IMG/VR virus record: IMGVR_UViG_3300030685_000017 | Coordinates: 32,001 to 96,000 of that record | DNA: 64,000 nt | Direction: 5' to 3' (one strand) | DNA from: a virus | In this document: in pieces, positions 63,308 to 64,000 of the stretch | Layout: every line of letters starts with the position of its first letter | Position numbering within the stretch: position 1 is the stretch's first letter | Made by a program: the position numbers and the translations under genes | The notes under the pieces: model-generated | The model's input: the letters and a program-made list of their open reading frames with translations, nothing else | The model's database searches: none | Told to the model about the DNA's origin: nothing

Positions 63308-63943
63308 ATGGCAAATTATTTAAACAAATATGTAGGCACTTATCGCGTGATTAGCGAATATAGTAAATCAACAAATAATTATCCAAGAGAACTTGATGGA
63401 TCAATTAGTGATAATGATTTATATATAGTATGTAAATATCATTGTAAAATTTATGCTTTTGGTGGTTCTACATTATGTTTCTATTGTCCGTCTTTAAAAC
63501 ATGGTAGAAATTTATTACATAAATTACAAACTGATAATTTAATTAATTTAATTGAATCTATTGAAGAAACAGATAGTGAAGTAACTTTAAGTTTCTCTGA
63601 TAAGAATTTCCAAGCGTTATTTAATTATTTTAACCCAAGCAGTTATGGAGCTTCTATAAGACCGCATAGTATTAAAAATTTACCTACAGTAAAATATGAA
63701 ATACCAGAAGAAGATAAGCAAATTTACAAAAATTTAATTGCTTCAAAAAATATATCACAAATAGAATTGGTTAGACTTTCTAAGGGTTTTATAAAAAGTA
63801 TTTCAACTAAAAAGAAACCTGAACAATGGTATAATGATAATATGAGATTACAAGGGATCTCTGGAATAAAATATATTCATTCTATGGGACTTTGGTTAAA
63901 ATTTTTAGACTATATTAAAAAATTGGAGGTCAAGCGTGCATAA
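63308..63943 (+). CDS. Hypothetical phage protein
   Basis: AAAGGA RBS, own promoter. Confidence 0.75.
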   Translation: MANYLNKYVGTYRVISEYSKSTNNYPRELDGSISDNDLYIVCKYHCKIYAFGGSTLCFYCPSLKHGRNLLHKLQTDNLINLIESIEETDSEVTLSFSDKNFQALFNYFNPSSYGASIRPHSIKNLPTVKYEIPEEDKQIYKNLIASKNISQIELVRLSKGFIKSISTKKKPEQWYNDNMRLQGISGIKYIHSMGLWLKFLDYIKKLEVKRA

Positions 63944-64000
63944 GAAGATTTTATATACCACTATAGTTTATATTATGACATTTAATTTATATTTACCTGT

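Noticed and set aside
1-64000. Genome-wide stop codon reassignment (code 15 or 4)
   Set aside because: DnaE, RecD2, helicase and peptidase are uninterrupted in code 11; all three stops end genes; the interruptions use mixed stop types

Overview
AT-rich, almost entirely + strand segment of a large phage (or prophage) of a Firmicute, probably clostridial, host. The evidence is sigmaA-type promoters, AGGAGG ribosome-binding sites and an SPbeta-like replication block. Layout: (i) 1-1411 very C-poor small genes including a MazG-like gene, then a sharp composition switch at ~1.7 kb that may mark a genome end or terminal-repeat junction; (ii) 2.3-45 kb accessory region of ~100 small ORFs interleaved with tmRNA, five tRNA-Glu(CUC), two tRNA-Gln, tRNA-Leu, a possible UUA tRNA, anticodon-less tRNA-like elements and a 23S rRNA L11-domain mimic, plus a Zn-peptidase, radical SAM enzyme, broken RtcB, ThyX and an exonuclease; (iii) 45-64 kb tyrosine recombinase, cysteine desulfurase, SSB-like protein, AAA ATPase, helicase, primase, PD-(D/E)XK nuclease, DnaE and intein-containing RecD2. 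The main unexplained signal is a shared C-terminal peptide tag, F-x-T-[FLVIMY]-[KR]-[EDQ]-[RK], on about 35 ORFs or gene remnants from at least four unrelated small-protein families. The same domains also occur, untagged, fused to a peptidase. This suggests a modular docking or targeting system. All calls are by eye; no database search was run.
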